Below, one piece after another: positions 13,185 through 25,689 of a stretch of 64,000 bases of DNA (its first letter is position 1; each line of letters starts with the position of its first letter). Position numbers and translations under genes: made by a program. Source of the DNA: Antedon mediterranea (Eukaryota > Animalia > Echinodermata); the NCBI RefSeq assembly GCF_964355755.1, contig NC_092670.1:11704795-11768794 (forward strand). Direction: 5' to 3'. The notes under the pieces are model-generated. The model was not told the origin of the DNA. It saw nothing but the letters and a program-made list of their open reading frames with translations, and made no database searches.

Positions 13185-13298
13185 ATGGTCCCACTAGGAT
13201 GCACATATATATATAGATTGACCAATCACAAGGTGATATAATTCCAATTGAGTTCGGCGTAGGTTCTTGCGTTTCGTCATATAGTAGTGGGAACCAAG
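13185..13298. mobile_element. Short degenerate Harbinger-like MITE
   Basis: TGGTCCCACTA ... TAGTGGGAACCA inverted ends. A related end, TAGTGGGAACGAAGCTTA, lies at about 15049-15066. Confidence 0.45.
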
Positions 13299-16200
13299 AT
13301 CAATTTTGTCATGGAGAAATAATCCAGTAATAATACTTATTTCTCTATTATTATATTATATTTTTACACTTAATTGTAACGGAATTTCAGTGGGTTTGAT
13401 TAGTCTGTTAAAATCCTCTTCATTTGATTTTTTTTCAATGTTACATAAGGTATAATGTCACATAATAGCTTTACTATTATCTGATTAAAACTACATTCCT
13501 CCGCGTTTTATAAAACAAAGTACGGAAGTACTTCCAATCTGTAAACATTACTGTTATGTTGTTCATCATGTTAAAATAACATTTATCTCATCATTTTAGG
13601 TTGTCATGGCGCGATAATAATACTATATATAATATATATATATATAGAAAACCTTTATATCTTTTTTCAGTTTCCTCTACATTAGGCTACTTACTTTTTT
13701 TTATATAATTGGTCCACCTTCTTCTAAAGATCTAACGATATTTTAGCTCACTTAATAGGTTTGTTAATGGATTGTCTGAAAGTCTAATTAGCACAAACTT
13801 TGATAGAAAGTGTTTGTTTATATATTTGTTTATTTTGCGTTACTATGGAAACATGTTTTAATACACCAATAAGGAATATGAACGTCAAGTAGATACAATG
13901 TTGCGATTTTTTGCTTTTGAGATTTGGCATTATAGCCTCCGTCTAAACACGTCCAGTAGACACCAATCAATAGTCAATCTTAGATTAACTTATTGGTTAG
14001 TTAGTAATAATGAGATTGTTTAAAAAACAATCACATTTACTATGGACTCTACTATTGCAATATTGAAGAAGTGAGAGTTCAATGGAGTACTTATTATTGA
14101 ATATGGTGTTACCCACAATCCTTTAGTTCAAATGACAAGAATCTACTTAGGTATGTTATACAACATTTATTTATCATTTTGAGATCCTTCTCAATAAAAT
14201 GTATTTTGGTAACGAAAAGAAAGAAAGCAACAAAATAAAAGAAAAAAAGTCAAACTACAGTTATACATTACTATTAATTAATTCACTTGGAAACAAATAG
14301 CTTCTTTAAGACTTTCATTTAGGTGCTGTTTATATTAGGTTCCTCCTTCTGAAATGTCTCGAAATCGAAACACATTTAACAACAGGACAGGTTCTACAAC
14401 CGTCACGGTCTGCTAAATTACCGTTTCCTGCCTTCTTTTCCAACGGGAAAGGAGGGAAGTACAGCCTTATCTGATGGTTATTATTTTTTATTAACTGAAA
14501 ATTTAACAGCAACCACCCGGTAGTGAACAATATTACTTGCAAGCGTAGTTGATGTTACGTCACGAAGACAGGCAAGGAGTACACATCTGGAGGATTCAAA
14601 TCTAAATCCTTCGCAGAAATTCTTATTCAGACACATTTGTGAGCATTGTATCAACGACCTGCAGTTTTGTTCAGATATTAGTTGACCTTCAAGTCCTTCC
14701 TGTCGTACAGAAATAAGTTGTCTGGTGAATTTTACTTCTGAAAAAGGTACAAGAAATAAAATAAAAAACATTATCGGAATATCAGTATTTTTATTTTCAA
14801 AAATAATAACGGACAAGACTTGTGGAGAACAGACATATAGCATCCGTTGGTAACCCAGATTGCACAGGAAACGGTGTCAATTGAACTTGACCCGAAGAAT
14901 AAAAAAACATGTAGATCTGACCAAGGCTTGGTTCTACTCGGTCTCAAGATAATGGTGTATCCGCAGCGACGGGTGGATCAAGTTGTTGCTGTAAAAATGG
15001 TCAATTTGACTTAGGTGGGTTAGAAAATATGGTTTTACGCTCGTACAATAGTGGGAACGAAGCTTAATTTAGTATAGCTAAAACCAAAATGTTCATACCG
15101 TTAAATTTCATATCTCTTGCTGCTTTCATCTGAACTTCGTTCAGCACGTGATCATATACTTGTACCGTAGCTATCGTAGAGTTAAGATTTTCTCCAGTAC
15201 CAACAAAAAGGTCTATTGTATCATACTCAAATTCAAGGTGTGTAAACGTTGTATATCCGATACTTGCAATCTCTCCATTTCGCCAGAGCTTCAACTTTTT
15301 GTTCTTTCCGTTGAAGGTAAGGGCGATAAATGTCCAGACGTCTGGCTGTAAGACGTAAGCTCTTGTCAGTACATCTCTATCGTAAGATACAGTCACTTCA
15401 CTCTCATACAACCAGTCAACTTGCGACCAAGTTTGCCTAAGAACTAGGTACTTGCCAGCATTACCGAACTCTAAAATGGATCCCAAGGAATCAACGCCAG
15501 GTAGTATGTAAAATGTTAGAGTGAGTGAAGATAAGTCCAACTTTTCGAATGACGCCATCACGTTATTTTTCAAGGTACACGTTGATGTCAGATTGAATGT
15601 AGATATGTCTTTGGCGGATGGTGACGTTGCCAAATCCATATAAACTAGTCCAACAGGATTTAAAATGCTTTTAGAATCTAAAAAGATGAACAATAAAATA
15701 GGCTCTGTTCAATATTGTATTAATTGTTATCCACCTTCAACGTCTGTCGTCTTTGGTATCTCTGTCACTGTAAATAAACAGCATAAATAATTTATGTTTA
15801 TGAATTGATATTGTAGATATAGAATATATGTAGAATATTTTCATGAGTCGCAGGCGTAGTTTGAATAGTGCCGCGACTTCTAACTGGATTTCGGGGGTTT
15901 ACGGTATGTGATTGGTTGATTTGAAGATGCATCCATTATGCGTAGTCCCTCTTCCTGGCGCATTACATTGATCAGCTGTGATTGTGTTAAAGTTGATTGT
16001 TTAATGTTTAGAGTTGTTATTATGTCTGTGATGAAAATGCAAACATACCAAGTGGACAATATTCGTTAATTTCACCAACGTCACAATATTCCACGGTCCT
16101 CCTGCTTTGCCATCCGGGTTCCTGCATAGATTATGATCACCAATTCCTTTATCTGGATCTTGTATAACAGGATGAGAGTGTGGAGTATTTGACCTCCATT

Positions 16201-16689
16201 CTTGACAAACTCGACCGTTCCTGGTGATGGCCACAATACCTCGATAGTCTTCACCAGATTCAGTTACTCTGCATTCACCTAAAATTTGGCAGATATACAA
16301 TACTATGTGAATGTTACAAATTACAGGTACATGAAATTGATTAATTTATAAATTATGAATTTGAAGAAACACGTCCAAGGGAGATTAGAACCTGGAATGT
16401 TTTTCTTGATATGCAGGCAACCTTCTATTTGGCCACTGGGACTTTCATGGTAATTTCAATTCAATTCAATTCATTTATTTTCAAGAAGACATATAAAACA
16501 TATAATAGTGTACAATCAAAAATACAAACACAAGAAAACTGACACCAGTCTGGCGGATTGTAGAAAAGTGACTATGTCACTATGTCAGTACTCTCCTTCT
16601 GGTAATTTGACATCGATTGGATAGCGAATATTCTTATTTTTGATATCACCGGAACTATGAGATGCAAATGAAATATACATGTGTTGCCT

Positions 16690-17470
16690 ATTTTTTGTTA
16701 TTCATTTATATATGTATTGATGGTGTTCCTCGGAAAATGGATAATTATATAACCTACAGTATCTTGGTCATGTGTTTAGTAACAATTTGAGTGATGAAAT
16801 GACATTAAACGTCAATACCGATCTATTTATTTGTATTAGGGTCAACTGTCTAAGTAGAACATTTGAAAAATTAAATGTTCTTTTTAAGAGTTACTGTGTC
16901 AGCATGTAGGCTACTATTCAGCCTTATGTTGTAAATATAATAACATTCTGCTATAACAATTGCAGTTCAAGCATGTTATTTGTTGGCAATGACTTAACAT
17001 TATTTAAAGATGTATTGTCCCCCAAAAACATAAAAATGAAGATTAATTAAATCAGACTTTAAATATGTTATTTTGTAGTTTAAATAAAGTTTATCACTTC
17101 AATAGAAAAAAAAAATGAAAACAAAATAAAGTTTTCACTTATAAAATGACAAAATAAATTCAACCAAAAATCCATTGGCTGGCAGCCAGTTTGACCATTT
17201 TCTGCTTTAAATTACATTTTTCAGGTAAATACATTTTTTTAGATCCAATTTTTGGTCAAAGTGGATAACTATTATGTTACATTAAAATGGAATATTCAAC
17301 AAAAATGTTTTTAAGAATTATATTTTCAGGGGGACAATCCATCTTTAATGAGTTCGTTAGAAAAGTAGTAGTGTTTAGTTGAGTCAATGGCAGTGTTAAT
17401 ACCCTGATCATTAAATGCAACGTTCTTAATGTGTCAATAATACATATATACTTTGAATACTTTCCTGCAT
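16690..17470 (+). mobile_element. Decayed LINE RT 3' fragment
   Basis: Frame fragments YLGHVFSNNLSDE, DIKRQYRSIY and LFKSYC, with stops and frameshifts. Confidence 0.55.
17008..17344. mobile_element. Kolobok-like MITE with TTAA TSD
   Basis: TIRs AGATGTATTGTCCCCC and GGGGGACAATCCATCT. TTAA at 17004-17007 and 17345-17348. Inserted within the LINE fragment. Confidence 0.8.
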
Positions 17471-20400
17471 TGGCAAATATTGTTTCAACTTCAACTCCTC
17501 AATATATATAGGCCTATATATATGTGTGTGTACGTGTATGTTTGTGTGTTTAATACTGTGTGTGATTTAGGCCCATTTAACTACAAGCATGGGTATGCGT
17601 GTTTGGTGTAAAGGTTATGTAACAATAAAACAGGAACGCCAAAAACAAATGGGTGAATTTGAAAAAGAAATATGTTTTTAAAACTACTCGTATCAAAAAA
17701 CCTGTACATTAAATCAAATTGTGTTTTAAAATTACGAATCACAAATTAGAACTCTTGCCTATTATACAAAAATGAAGTGTTTTGGAAGAGAAAATGCAAT
17801 TTCAGTTTACTTTACTGTAAATTCTGTCCTATCTTTTAACACTAGCAGGTCTGAAATATTTCTTAAAAGGGGTCCAGAATTAGGACCGTTGTCCGGATTG
17901 CCTGCAAAATATAATGTAGTGGTCCTTGACCACATATCTATCTGTATCTTTATTTTGCATTTAAAAATGTAAAATAATTGAGAAGGATCAACGTTCGTTT
18001 CGTACAGTATTTCGAATTAATATTATTAAAAATATTTTGGCACATAAGACGTTTACGTATAATACTTGAGCTCAACTTTCCAGACAAAAATCGAACCGGT
18101 TGACATATAAACAAAGACAATAAATACGGACCTTGGGCAAGTCTAGATCAAAGTATATAGATAGACACGTTATCATCAAGCCTTAAATAGATACATTCAT
18201 GCCCAAACATTTAGAGGCTAGCAACGCTTCACTTAATTTTTCATTCAAATAATTTTTCTTTTGGATGATGCAAAGGGAATAAAACCGTAACACTTACGTA
18301 TTTACTCTAGCTTTCGCTTGTTCAACGACGCACCTTAATCATGAGTGTGTCTATGTAAATGTATCAATTAGAAATACTTACTTATTTCGTGTGAATCTTC
18401 GCTGTATACACGGATTTCACATAAGTTTATATAATCGTTTATATTCACCCGGAGAACCACATATCTTCCTCTAATTCCTTCCAAGCAGGTAAAATCGATA
18501 ATGGGACTGGTTTCAGTTTGCGCTAGAGTAACAGGGTCGCCGCACATTTTGCCACTTCCGATTTCAGTTTCAAAACTAATTCGGATGTCAGTATAAGCAA
18601 GCCTATGCGTCGCCTCTTCTGTTGTGAAAAAAAGGGGCAATTTAGCAAAAAATAAAAATAAAAAAAGTAAAAAGAAACTATACGATAATTAGTCATCCTC
18701 CAGTGAGAATAACTAGTATGAGAATTTCGTTTGTTATTGTTGTAACAGACTTGTAGTTTTGTAAAAAAGATTGAGCAGCTGTCGCATTTCATTTCCTGAC
18801 ACCCACCCGATTCCTGGTGCTATATCTCAACATATGGCCATATTTCTCCAGTATCATTGAACATTTTTGTACAGCATCACATTGTGTTTCACACGTTATG
18901 ACTAGACTGTATGGTGGTTAGGTTAAAATGGAGCTCCGGGTTTGAAATTTATATTGTTTATTATTTAAAATATAAAGCTTTGCATCAACATTTATAATAA
19001 TCCCACTTATTTTCTGACAACAGCGGTAAAATCTAAAAAAAAAACTTGTTAAATAATCCCCAATTTAAAAAAAATGGTGCTACTTGTTTGTAATGTTTCA
19101 AAGTTTTTTATTTTTTAATATACAATTTAAACATTCTACCCAGAGCGATGCTTTAAGATCTATGATTTAATAGGCTTTGTTTCACATGGCAGACTTGGCT
19201 ATGAAACTGGGAAGATTTAGATAAAGACCGACCGACATCATCACAATAGCCTACTGTATTGTTGTACTACTTAAGAATGGTAATAAATGCCATATAATGT
19301 TGGATAACAATATTTAAAACCACCCGTGGCTACAAAACATGGTACAAAATACACCAGTTTTTATAATTAAAAAAAGTCTGATGTGCCCAAATATGGTAAT
19401 GATATGATATTATCGTGTGCATAATGGACACGTCCACCTCACTTTTTTTTTATAGTTTAGGCAGAGAGCTTTACAACAGTATTTACTTACGATAAGTACT
19501 GACGCGATTTATCACTGTTACGCTTGTGACGTTGTATTCTTTTTGCAGATCAACTCTAACCCATTCATAAGAACTTCTATTTAAGTCATCTTAATAATAA
19601 ATAAATCGAATGCATTTATAAAAAACAAACTTGAAAAATACAGTAGTAGGCCCAAGTATTTAAAAGGAATGGTCTCGTCAGCGAAACTGTAAATTTGGCG
19701 CCGAGATCTTTGGTCGTGGTTATGTATACGACAGCAGCTACCATCAAGGTAGTGCTTTAATGTGGTGGGAATTTGCGAAAGTTTATTTGACGAAAGCTAC
19801 CAACACCTTTGACACGTGGTGGGTATTATTCGACTGGGCAGTATTTGGTGTGACGATTATTTGCTGCAGCCAAGCAATTTATGATAAATTAATCAAATTA
19901 ATTAATGATAAATTAATCAAATCAATTAATGATAAATAATCAGTTAGCTTTAACGTGAGTGGAAACACCATTCTCCATCTAATGCATAGTCATTACCATC
20001 AGTAACACCTGTGGTATCAGTGCCGTCTTTGACGGAATACGCATCAGCTGGTTTTTTGTACGACAAATACGCTTCATAAAGAAATAAGTAATTATTGGGT
20101 TTTTGTTCATGGATGTATTGGAAACGTTTGTCACTGATCATTGTTTCTAGAGTGCCAGTAAATGTGCGAGGCCGTCGCTAGAACAATATGAGTACATCAT
20201 CTGCAATATCTTGTATTGAAAGAATTTTTATTTCATACGTTTCTATAGCACTTGCGATAGTCAGTTAGACTCTATCTACGGCCGATTCCCTAGTATGCTC
20301 TGTATCCATAGCCCGCGGGCAAACAGGAAAATATATCTAACTTTACGTACTATTAAACCCCTGTTAATGAGGATGGACACCATTATCGTAATTTCATGGC

Positions 20401-21699
20401 ATAGAGCACAGTCGACTATATACTGGTGGTAATCACTGAAATACGATAGTAATAGACGTTAAGGCGTTGGACCTGTATTCAACACGGCTTGTGTGCACGT
20501 CGTTCAAAAACACAGTACACTCTCGAAACAGAATAGGAGATCGTCTCCCGGTGTACCTACTGCCAACCAGAAACCCCCACAGTATGAGTACAGTACTTAG
20601 TGGGGTTATCCAAAATAATAACAAACAAACACGGTAACAAAATCAGTATTTAAACTTACATGTTTGCCCAACTTGAATTTGACAAACAAAACAAGCGGTC
20701 AACATCACTATAGTTGTACTGCTGCCATCCTGGCCACCATCATGTTATTTGATGAACAAAATGACTATAGTGATATAATTAGTCTCTTTTATCATTAAAT
20801 GTGTTATTTATGATGTTGCCATAGTGTTTAATGAATGCATAACTTTTTCAATTTTTTCCTATCCTCTTGAAATGTCATGTCGGAATTACATTTCTTTTTA
20901 TAGTTTTTTTTTCAACAACTTATAGCAACTGTATTGACACTGGTCCGAAAAATATGAGACGCAGCCCAAATTTGGCGCTATATTTTTTAAGAGTTCCAAA
21001 AGTAGTTTGAGAAATGAAACTATTTAATTCCTATTTTATCACTTAGGCCCTAGTATTTACCTTTTTTATGTTTGCAAATTCATTATACATCCAAATGCCA
21101 AAATTATACTGTAATGTGCTCATTAGTTATCATCCATCAAGTTCCATGATCAAATCGTCATTGTCTTTCAAGTCGTTACCATTTTATTAAGTTGCTGCTA
21201 TAGCAACATATATAAAATAATAGCAAAGTAAACATGTTCATGCTCTAAAATTTGAAACTCGTGACAATTAGGCCCAGTCTATAAATAGACCTAGATTTTC
21301 TTCGTCTCTAGCTAGACAAGCTATAATTAAATATATCGATCTGCAAAGGCCTCATGACATAGCTTAGTAGACGATGCCATTATTCAGATCTTTCCATTTT
21401 TATATACAGTAGGACTTATCATGAATGCATATGTTTTCCATAGTTGGAATATCCAAATTAATTTAACAACTTATTGTATAATTTCGTCAATTGGAGGCTC
21501 GAAAATAAAGAGTTAAATGAACAACAAAGTTTACCATCTAGCCTCCCATAAAACCACTGTTTAGGCCTCTTCCCCATTTCCTTTCGTGGCATAATAAGAT
21601 ACTGTACAATTACGTTTTGATGTAATGAAAACGATTGAAGCAAGACAATCGAAACAACAACTATCTACGTGGTTACCACAATAGTACTATGCTATTCAA

Positions 21700-24600
21700 T
21701 CAAACAATATCGTCTAATAGTCTATTCAATTCTTCAATTCGTGGATGATCTTCTTCATAAACACTCCGAAGAACTGACAAAGATTTGCTGATATAATCCT
21801 GTGCTTTTTTTACGTCTTTAAGCTTTCTGAACACATTGCCTAAATGTTTTAATGTTTCACTGATACCAACAGCTTGAGATCCCTTATTGCTTAAATCCTC
21901 AAATATTTCTAAGGCTTTCTCGTGTTTTAGTTTAGCCATCTGTAGGTCTCCACGTTCACTATGTATCAGACCTATCCCATTTAATGTATTTCCTCCCTCC
22001 GAACTAATTTCTCCGAAGGATCTTTTGAAAATTTCGAGACTTCTCTCTCCGTTCGATAATGCGTCTTTCAGATTATGCATTTCTCTTTGTGTATTGGAAA
22101 GATCGTGCAAAACTTCACCAACGAAATAGTGTGATGGGCCATAATATTGTTCTCGTATTTTAAGGGATCGCTCTAATGTTTCCTGGGATTGTTGCAGATC
22201 TCCCTTTGCACGGTATGTAAAACCTAAAAAATATAATGTTTCGCCAACATTGGGATGTATATCACCGTGGATTTCTTCGTGGATGTTTAAAGCTTCTAAG
22301 AGTGCATGAACGCTGTCATTATACTGTCCAAGAGAATAGTAATTTGTCGCTAAAGTATTTAAAACTCTTGCTACTCGTTGGTCGTGAGCACCATAAGCTT
22401 CTTTGGTAATATCCAATGCCTCTTGATATGTCACCTTAGCTTTGTTTAATTCACCCTGCCTATTATATACCACAGCAAGATTTAAAAGAAAGGCTCCTAG
22501 GCGTGGATGTTTATTCGAGTAAATTTGTTTTGCAAGTTCTACGGCTTGTTCGTGGTATTTCTGAGATATGTCAAGCTGCTTTCTGTATCTGTGGATAACT
22601 CCCAGTAAATGCAAAGAGACAGCAGTCATTGGTGAAGAGACATACTTCTGTGAAATATTGAGAGCAAGTTCATGTAATTCCTGAGCTTTTGACATTATCT
22701 GGCCAACACCTCTGTAAACAGTTCCCATCATGTTGAGTAAAAGCGTAGCATTAGCTGCTGAAGTTGGTTGTACATTCTTAAGAGAGCTCGTAGCAAAATC
22801 CTCAACCAGTTCCACAATTTTCTCAAGGTCTTTAGGTTGTTGGTTTCCAGTGTAATATATATAAAGAACAGAAAAAAATGCCCCAAGCTCTGGTTTTCCT
22901 TCTGAGAAACTTTCTTTTGTCATATTTACCAAAAACGTGACTACTGGCATAACGACTGTAGATTTATGCTTATTGGGCCAATAGAGGTAGGGTTCTGCCA
23001 TGGAGTTAAGGAATTTCCAACAAAATTCCTTTGTTATTATTTTAGAATATTCAAGATTTAACGGAATTGTGTGCGACACCAAAGACATTATAACATCCAC
23101 AAGTTTAAAGTTTAGCGTCGTATACTCTGTCATTTGGTTTAACGAAGCTTCCGGCTTTTCATCTAATACTTTTGATAGCACTTTAAGAATCCTTTGAAAA
23201 GAATTTTCAACAAAGCGATTTCCTTGAATAGAGTTGTCATTAAGCCCTTTCGATGTACAAACTTTACGAGATGCTTCTCTAGTAACTTGATGAGAAAGAA
23301 TAAAAATATGCTCTGATCGATTCTGCAGTTCATAAATCGACGATCTATAAATTAACTCCTTAACGCTGTATTTTGTGTAGTCTTGAAGGACTGAGTTCAT
23401 TGTTATATATTGCAAAAACAGTTCCACGGATATCGTCTGCGAGTCGCAGTATCCCACGAAGAAAGCAAGATCTTTGTATAAATCTCCATCGCTTCTGTTA
23501 ACTAGCTGGTTTATTGTTTTAATTGACGTTGTCAACATGGATAAGTGGTAAGGTAAGCCTTCATCTTTAGCGTCGTTCCAAAAAAAGTCAATATCAGACC
23601 TGTACGCTTCTAATTCCAGTTTAAATTTTTTTAGGTAATGAAAATAAGACTCGTGACTGTGAAGGGTTCTTTCTGTTCTAATAAAAAGTGCTGCGTTAGC
23701 TAATGAAAAAGGCAAACCACCCAATTCTTTTGCTAGATAACTTGCATTTTTGTCATCATTGTGTATTTTAGTGATAGTGTTTAATAATTCAACGGAATCA
23801 TTAGGATGCATACCATCAAATAAATTCATGTAGTGAGTATTTGGTAACTTGTAGATGGGTCGGTGTTGAGTAGTTACAACAACTCTTAGCTCACCATACT
23901 CGTCATTACCGGGACGTAGTAGACGCATTCCATTGCTTCGAGCTTTATAAAGAAATTTGTACATTTGTTTTTGTACATTGTCAATTATCATCAATGGTCT
24001 ACTCGATCGTCTTTTAAAAGCCTCTTTAAGCTGAAAAAAGGTCGTTATTATGTCTTTTTCTTCAATGTCTTTGCTGTAAGCTATTGTATGTTTAGGTTTT
24101 CCTTGGAATCTGCCAATGATGTATTCCATTGAATTCTGAAGTTCAATCATAGATTCCGCATTCAATCTGATAACATCAAAAGGAGGGAGAACGGAAAAAT
24201 TAAAAACAAAACTGAAATAAGTGTTAAACCAATAAGGCCATGTCCCGTTATAATTAGTGTATACATGCAGGCCAAACTGTCTGGCAAGTTCAGATTTCCC
24301 AGACCCAGGCCCCCCACTAATTACCACATGGATTTCTTTGTGCCTATGCATTGATGATAAATTTGTTAAGTTATTGATAATATGCTTCACATCCAACGAT
24401 CGCTCATATGAAGCATGTGACAACTCATCTTTCAGTACGAGTAGACCTAAATCCCTGGAATATCCAATGTCACTGACATTTGGTTTCATCAATACAATTA
24501 CATACAAAACTGCCAAAGTTATCGCCAATTTATAATAACCTGCTGTAATGCCACTTAAAAACAACGTCCACGGTGATTGCAGAAAAGTGCCTCTGACTAA

Positions 24601-24783
24601 TGTGTCAATTTCATCAATAACGCTTTTAACAAATTCATATTTTTTCTTTGTGTTCTTAGTTTGCTTTCCTGGTAGTTGATTCGCCTTCTTGACACTCCTC
24701 TTGGGTGTTTTCCTTTTCGTTGGTTGAGATCTGACAGGCTGTTGTCGACCAATGGCTCTACTTTGAGATCGTGTTACAGCCAT
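21700..24783 (-). CDS. Intronless NB-ARC/STAND NTPase with C-terminal TPR array and N-terminal hydrophobic anchor (about 1027 aa from ATG 24783)
   Basis: Walker A GGPGSGKS, Walker B LMIIDNV, sensor VVVTTQ, GLPL-like LGGLPFSL, MHD-position SHQV. About 8 kinesin-light-chain-type TPRs (e.g. HPRLGAFLLNLAVVYNRQG...A...YQEALDI). Basic N-terminus followed by the hydrophobic segment LAITLAVLYVIVLM. Confidence 0.88.
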   Translation of the reverse strand: MAVTRSQSRAIGRQQPVRSQPTKRKTPKRSVKKANQLPGKQTKNTKKKYEFVKSVIDEIDTLVRGTFLQSPWTLFLSGITAGYYKLAITLAVLYVIVLMKPNVSDIGYSRDLGLLVLKDELSHASYERSLDVKHIINNLTNLSSMHRHKEIHVVISGGPGSGKSELARQFGLHVYTNYNGTWPYWFNTYFSFVFNFSVLPPFDVIRLNAESMIELQNSMEYIIGRFQGKPKHTIAYSKDIEEKDIITTFFQLKEAFKRRSSRPLMIIDNVQKQMYKFLYKARSNGMRLLRPGNDEYGELRVVVTTQHRPIYKLPNTHYMNLFDGMHPNDSVELLNTITKIHNDDKNASYLAKELGGLPFSLANAALFIRTERTLHSHESYFHYLKKFKLELEAYRSDIDFFWNDAKDEGLPYHLSMLTTSIKTINQLVNRSDGDLYKDLAFFVGYCDSQTISVELFLQYITMNSVLQDYTKYSVKELIYRSSIYELQNRSEHIFILSHQVTREASRKVCTSKGLNDNSIQGNRFVENSFQRILKVLSKVLDEKPEASLNQMTEYTTLNFKLVDVIMSLVSHTIPLNLEYSKIITKEFCWKFLNSMAEPYLYWPNKHKSTVVMPVVTFLVNMTKESFSEGKPELGAFFSVLYIYYTGNQQPKDLEKIVELVEDFATSSLKNVQPTSAANATLLLNMMGTVYRGVGQIMSKAQELHELALNISQKYVSSPMTAVSLHLLGVIHRYRKQLDISQKYHEQAVELAKQIYSNKHPRLGAFLLNLAVVYNRQGELNKAKVTYQEALDITKEAYGAHDQRVARVLNTLATNYYSLGQYNDSVHALLEALNIHEEIHGDIHPNVGETLYFLGFTYRAKGDLQQSQETLERSLKIREQYYGPSHYFVGEVLHDLSNTQREMHNLKDALSNGERSLEIFKRSFGEISSEGGNTLNGIGLIHSERGDLQMAKLKHEKALEIFEDLSNKGSQAVGISETLKHLGNVFRKLKDVKKAQDYISKSLSVLRSVYEEDHPRIEELNRLLDDIV

Positions 24784-25689
24784 TTTCAGAGTCAAAGAGC
24801 GTATAGTCGGGTGTTTTAGTCGACGGCAAAAATTGTTTATGTATTCCTACGACGGACGACCTGTTCGTGTTGCTTTCCAGTGCCTGTCGACTTGCCTTCT
24901 TTATTTTGTCATCACCCAATTCGATAGCGTTGTTGTAATAGTCAATGATGCATGACGTATTACAATACATGTTCTTGGTAAATGTAAAATTGATGAAAGG
25001 GCATATTATTTCGATTGAGTAACTCTTTTTAACCCGATTCTTCAACCGTTAGTTAGTAGGCAGAGGCCAAAAAAGGCCTACACGATTTTTGTGCTACGGA
25101 AACCATCTTGCAGAGATGACACACAGTGACCAGCCAAACGTAAAAAAAAAACCAAAATAACTGAATGGTGGAGGGTGGTATGAGAAAAAAAAGTAATGTT
25201 TAATGTTCTTAAATGATTGGCCATTTCCATCTTTTATACATTTACTTCACTTTAACATATCAACAATAATGTGAACTGAATAAAATCCAATAATATAACA
25301 CCCTTTTGGTTTGTTTGTTTTGCATGCTATTCGAACCCTCAACACCTACATGATACAGTAATTCTAAGCGTGAGAAACATAACAAATGTTTAAAATCTAT
25401 GCACCTGGTAAAGCTAAATATGTATGTATCAAGCTAAGCGTGTGGAAGAAGTGAATACAATTATATACAGTACGTTCATAATCGTGACCTGGCACGTGAC
25501 ATTATATCTAATGTATCAGATGGAAAAATTTAGTACGTTTAACTCCTAATTTCGTGACCTATTAATAAGTGTTGCTGACAATAGTGAATTAACTGAATAA
25601 TGACATATATAACGGTGTTTCACTTTATGTCCAAGATTGTTTCAAAAGTTCAGATAAATATTACATCGTATTGAATCTTGTTATTTAAT

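Larger units (their letters stand above)
14481..20743 (-). pseudogene. Mosaic extracellular protein gene: signal peptide, F-type lectin (F5/8 type C/FTP), kringle, LamG/pentraxin-like, PAN/apple; two apparent frameshifts
   Basis: Phase-1 exons 20743-20660, 20071-19955 (KKPA...VTDGN...CFHS), 19589-19491 (EWVRVDLQ...VINR), 18618-18382 (GRYV...NLCEIRVY), 16278-16049 (kringle YRG...CQEW...CRNPDG), 15767-15735, 15677-15099 (WTFIALTF...LWRNG), 14737-14481 (PAN cysteines). Exon 1 and the kringle exon break frame. Confidence 0.75.

Noticed and set aside
17810-17905. Possible extra minus-strand exon of the lectin-kringle gene (good acceptor TTTTGCAG)
   Set aside because: No domain similarity and no clear in-phase donor. 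The model is phase-consistent without it.
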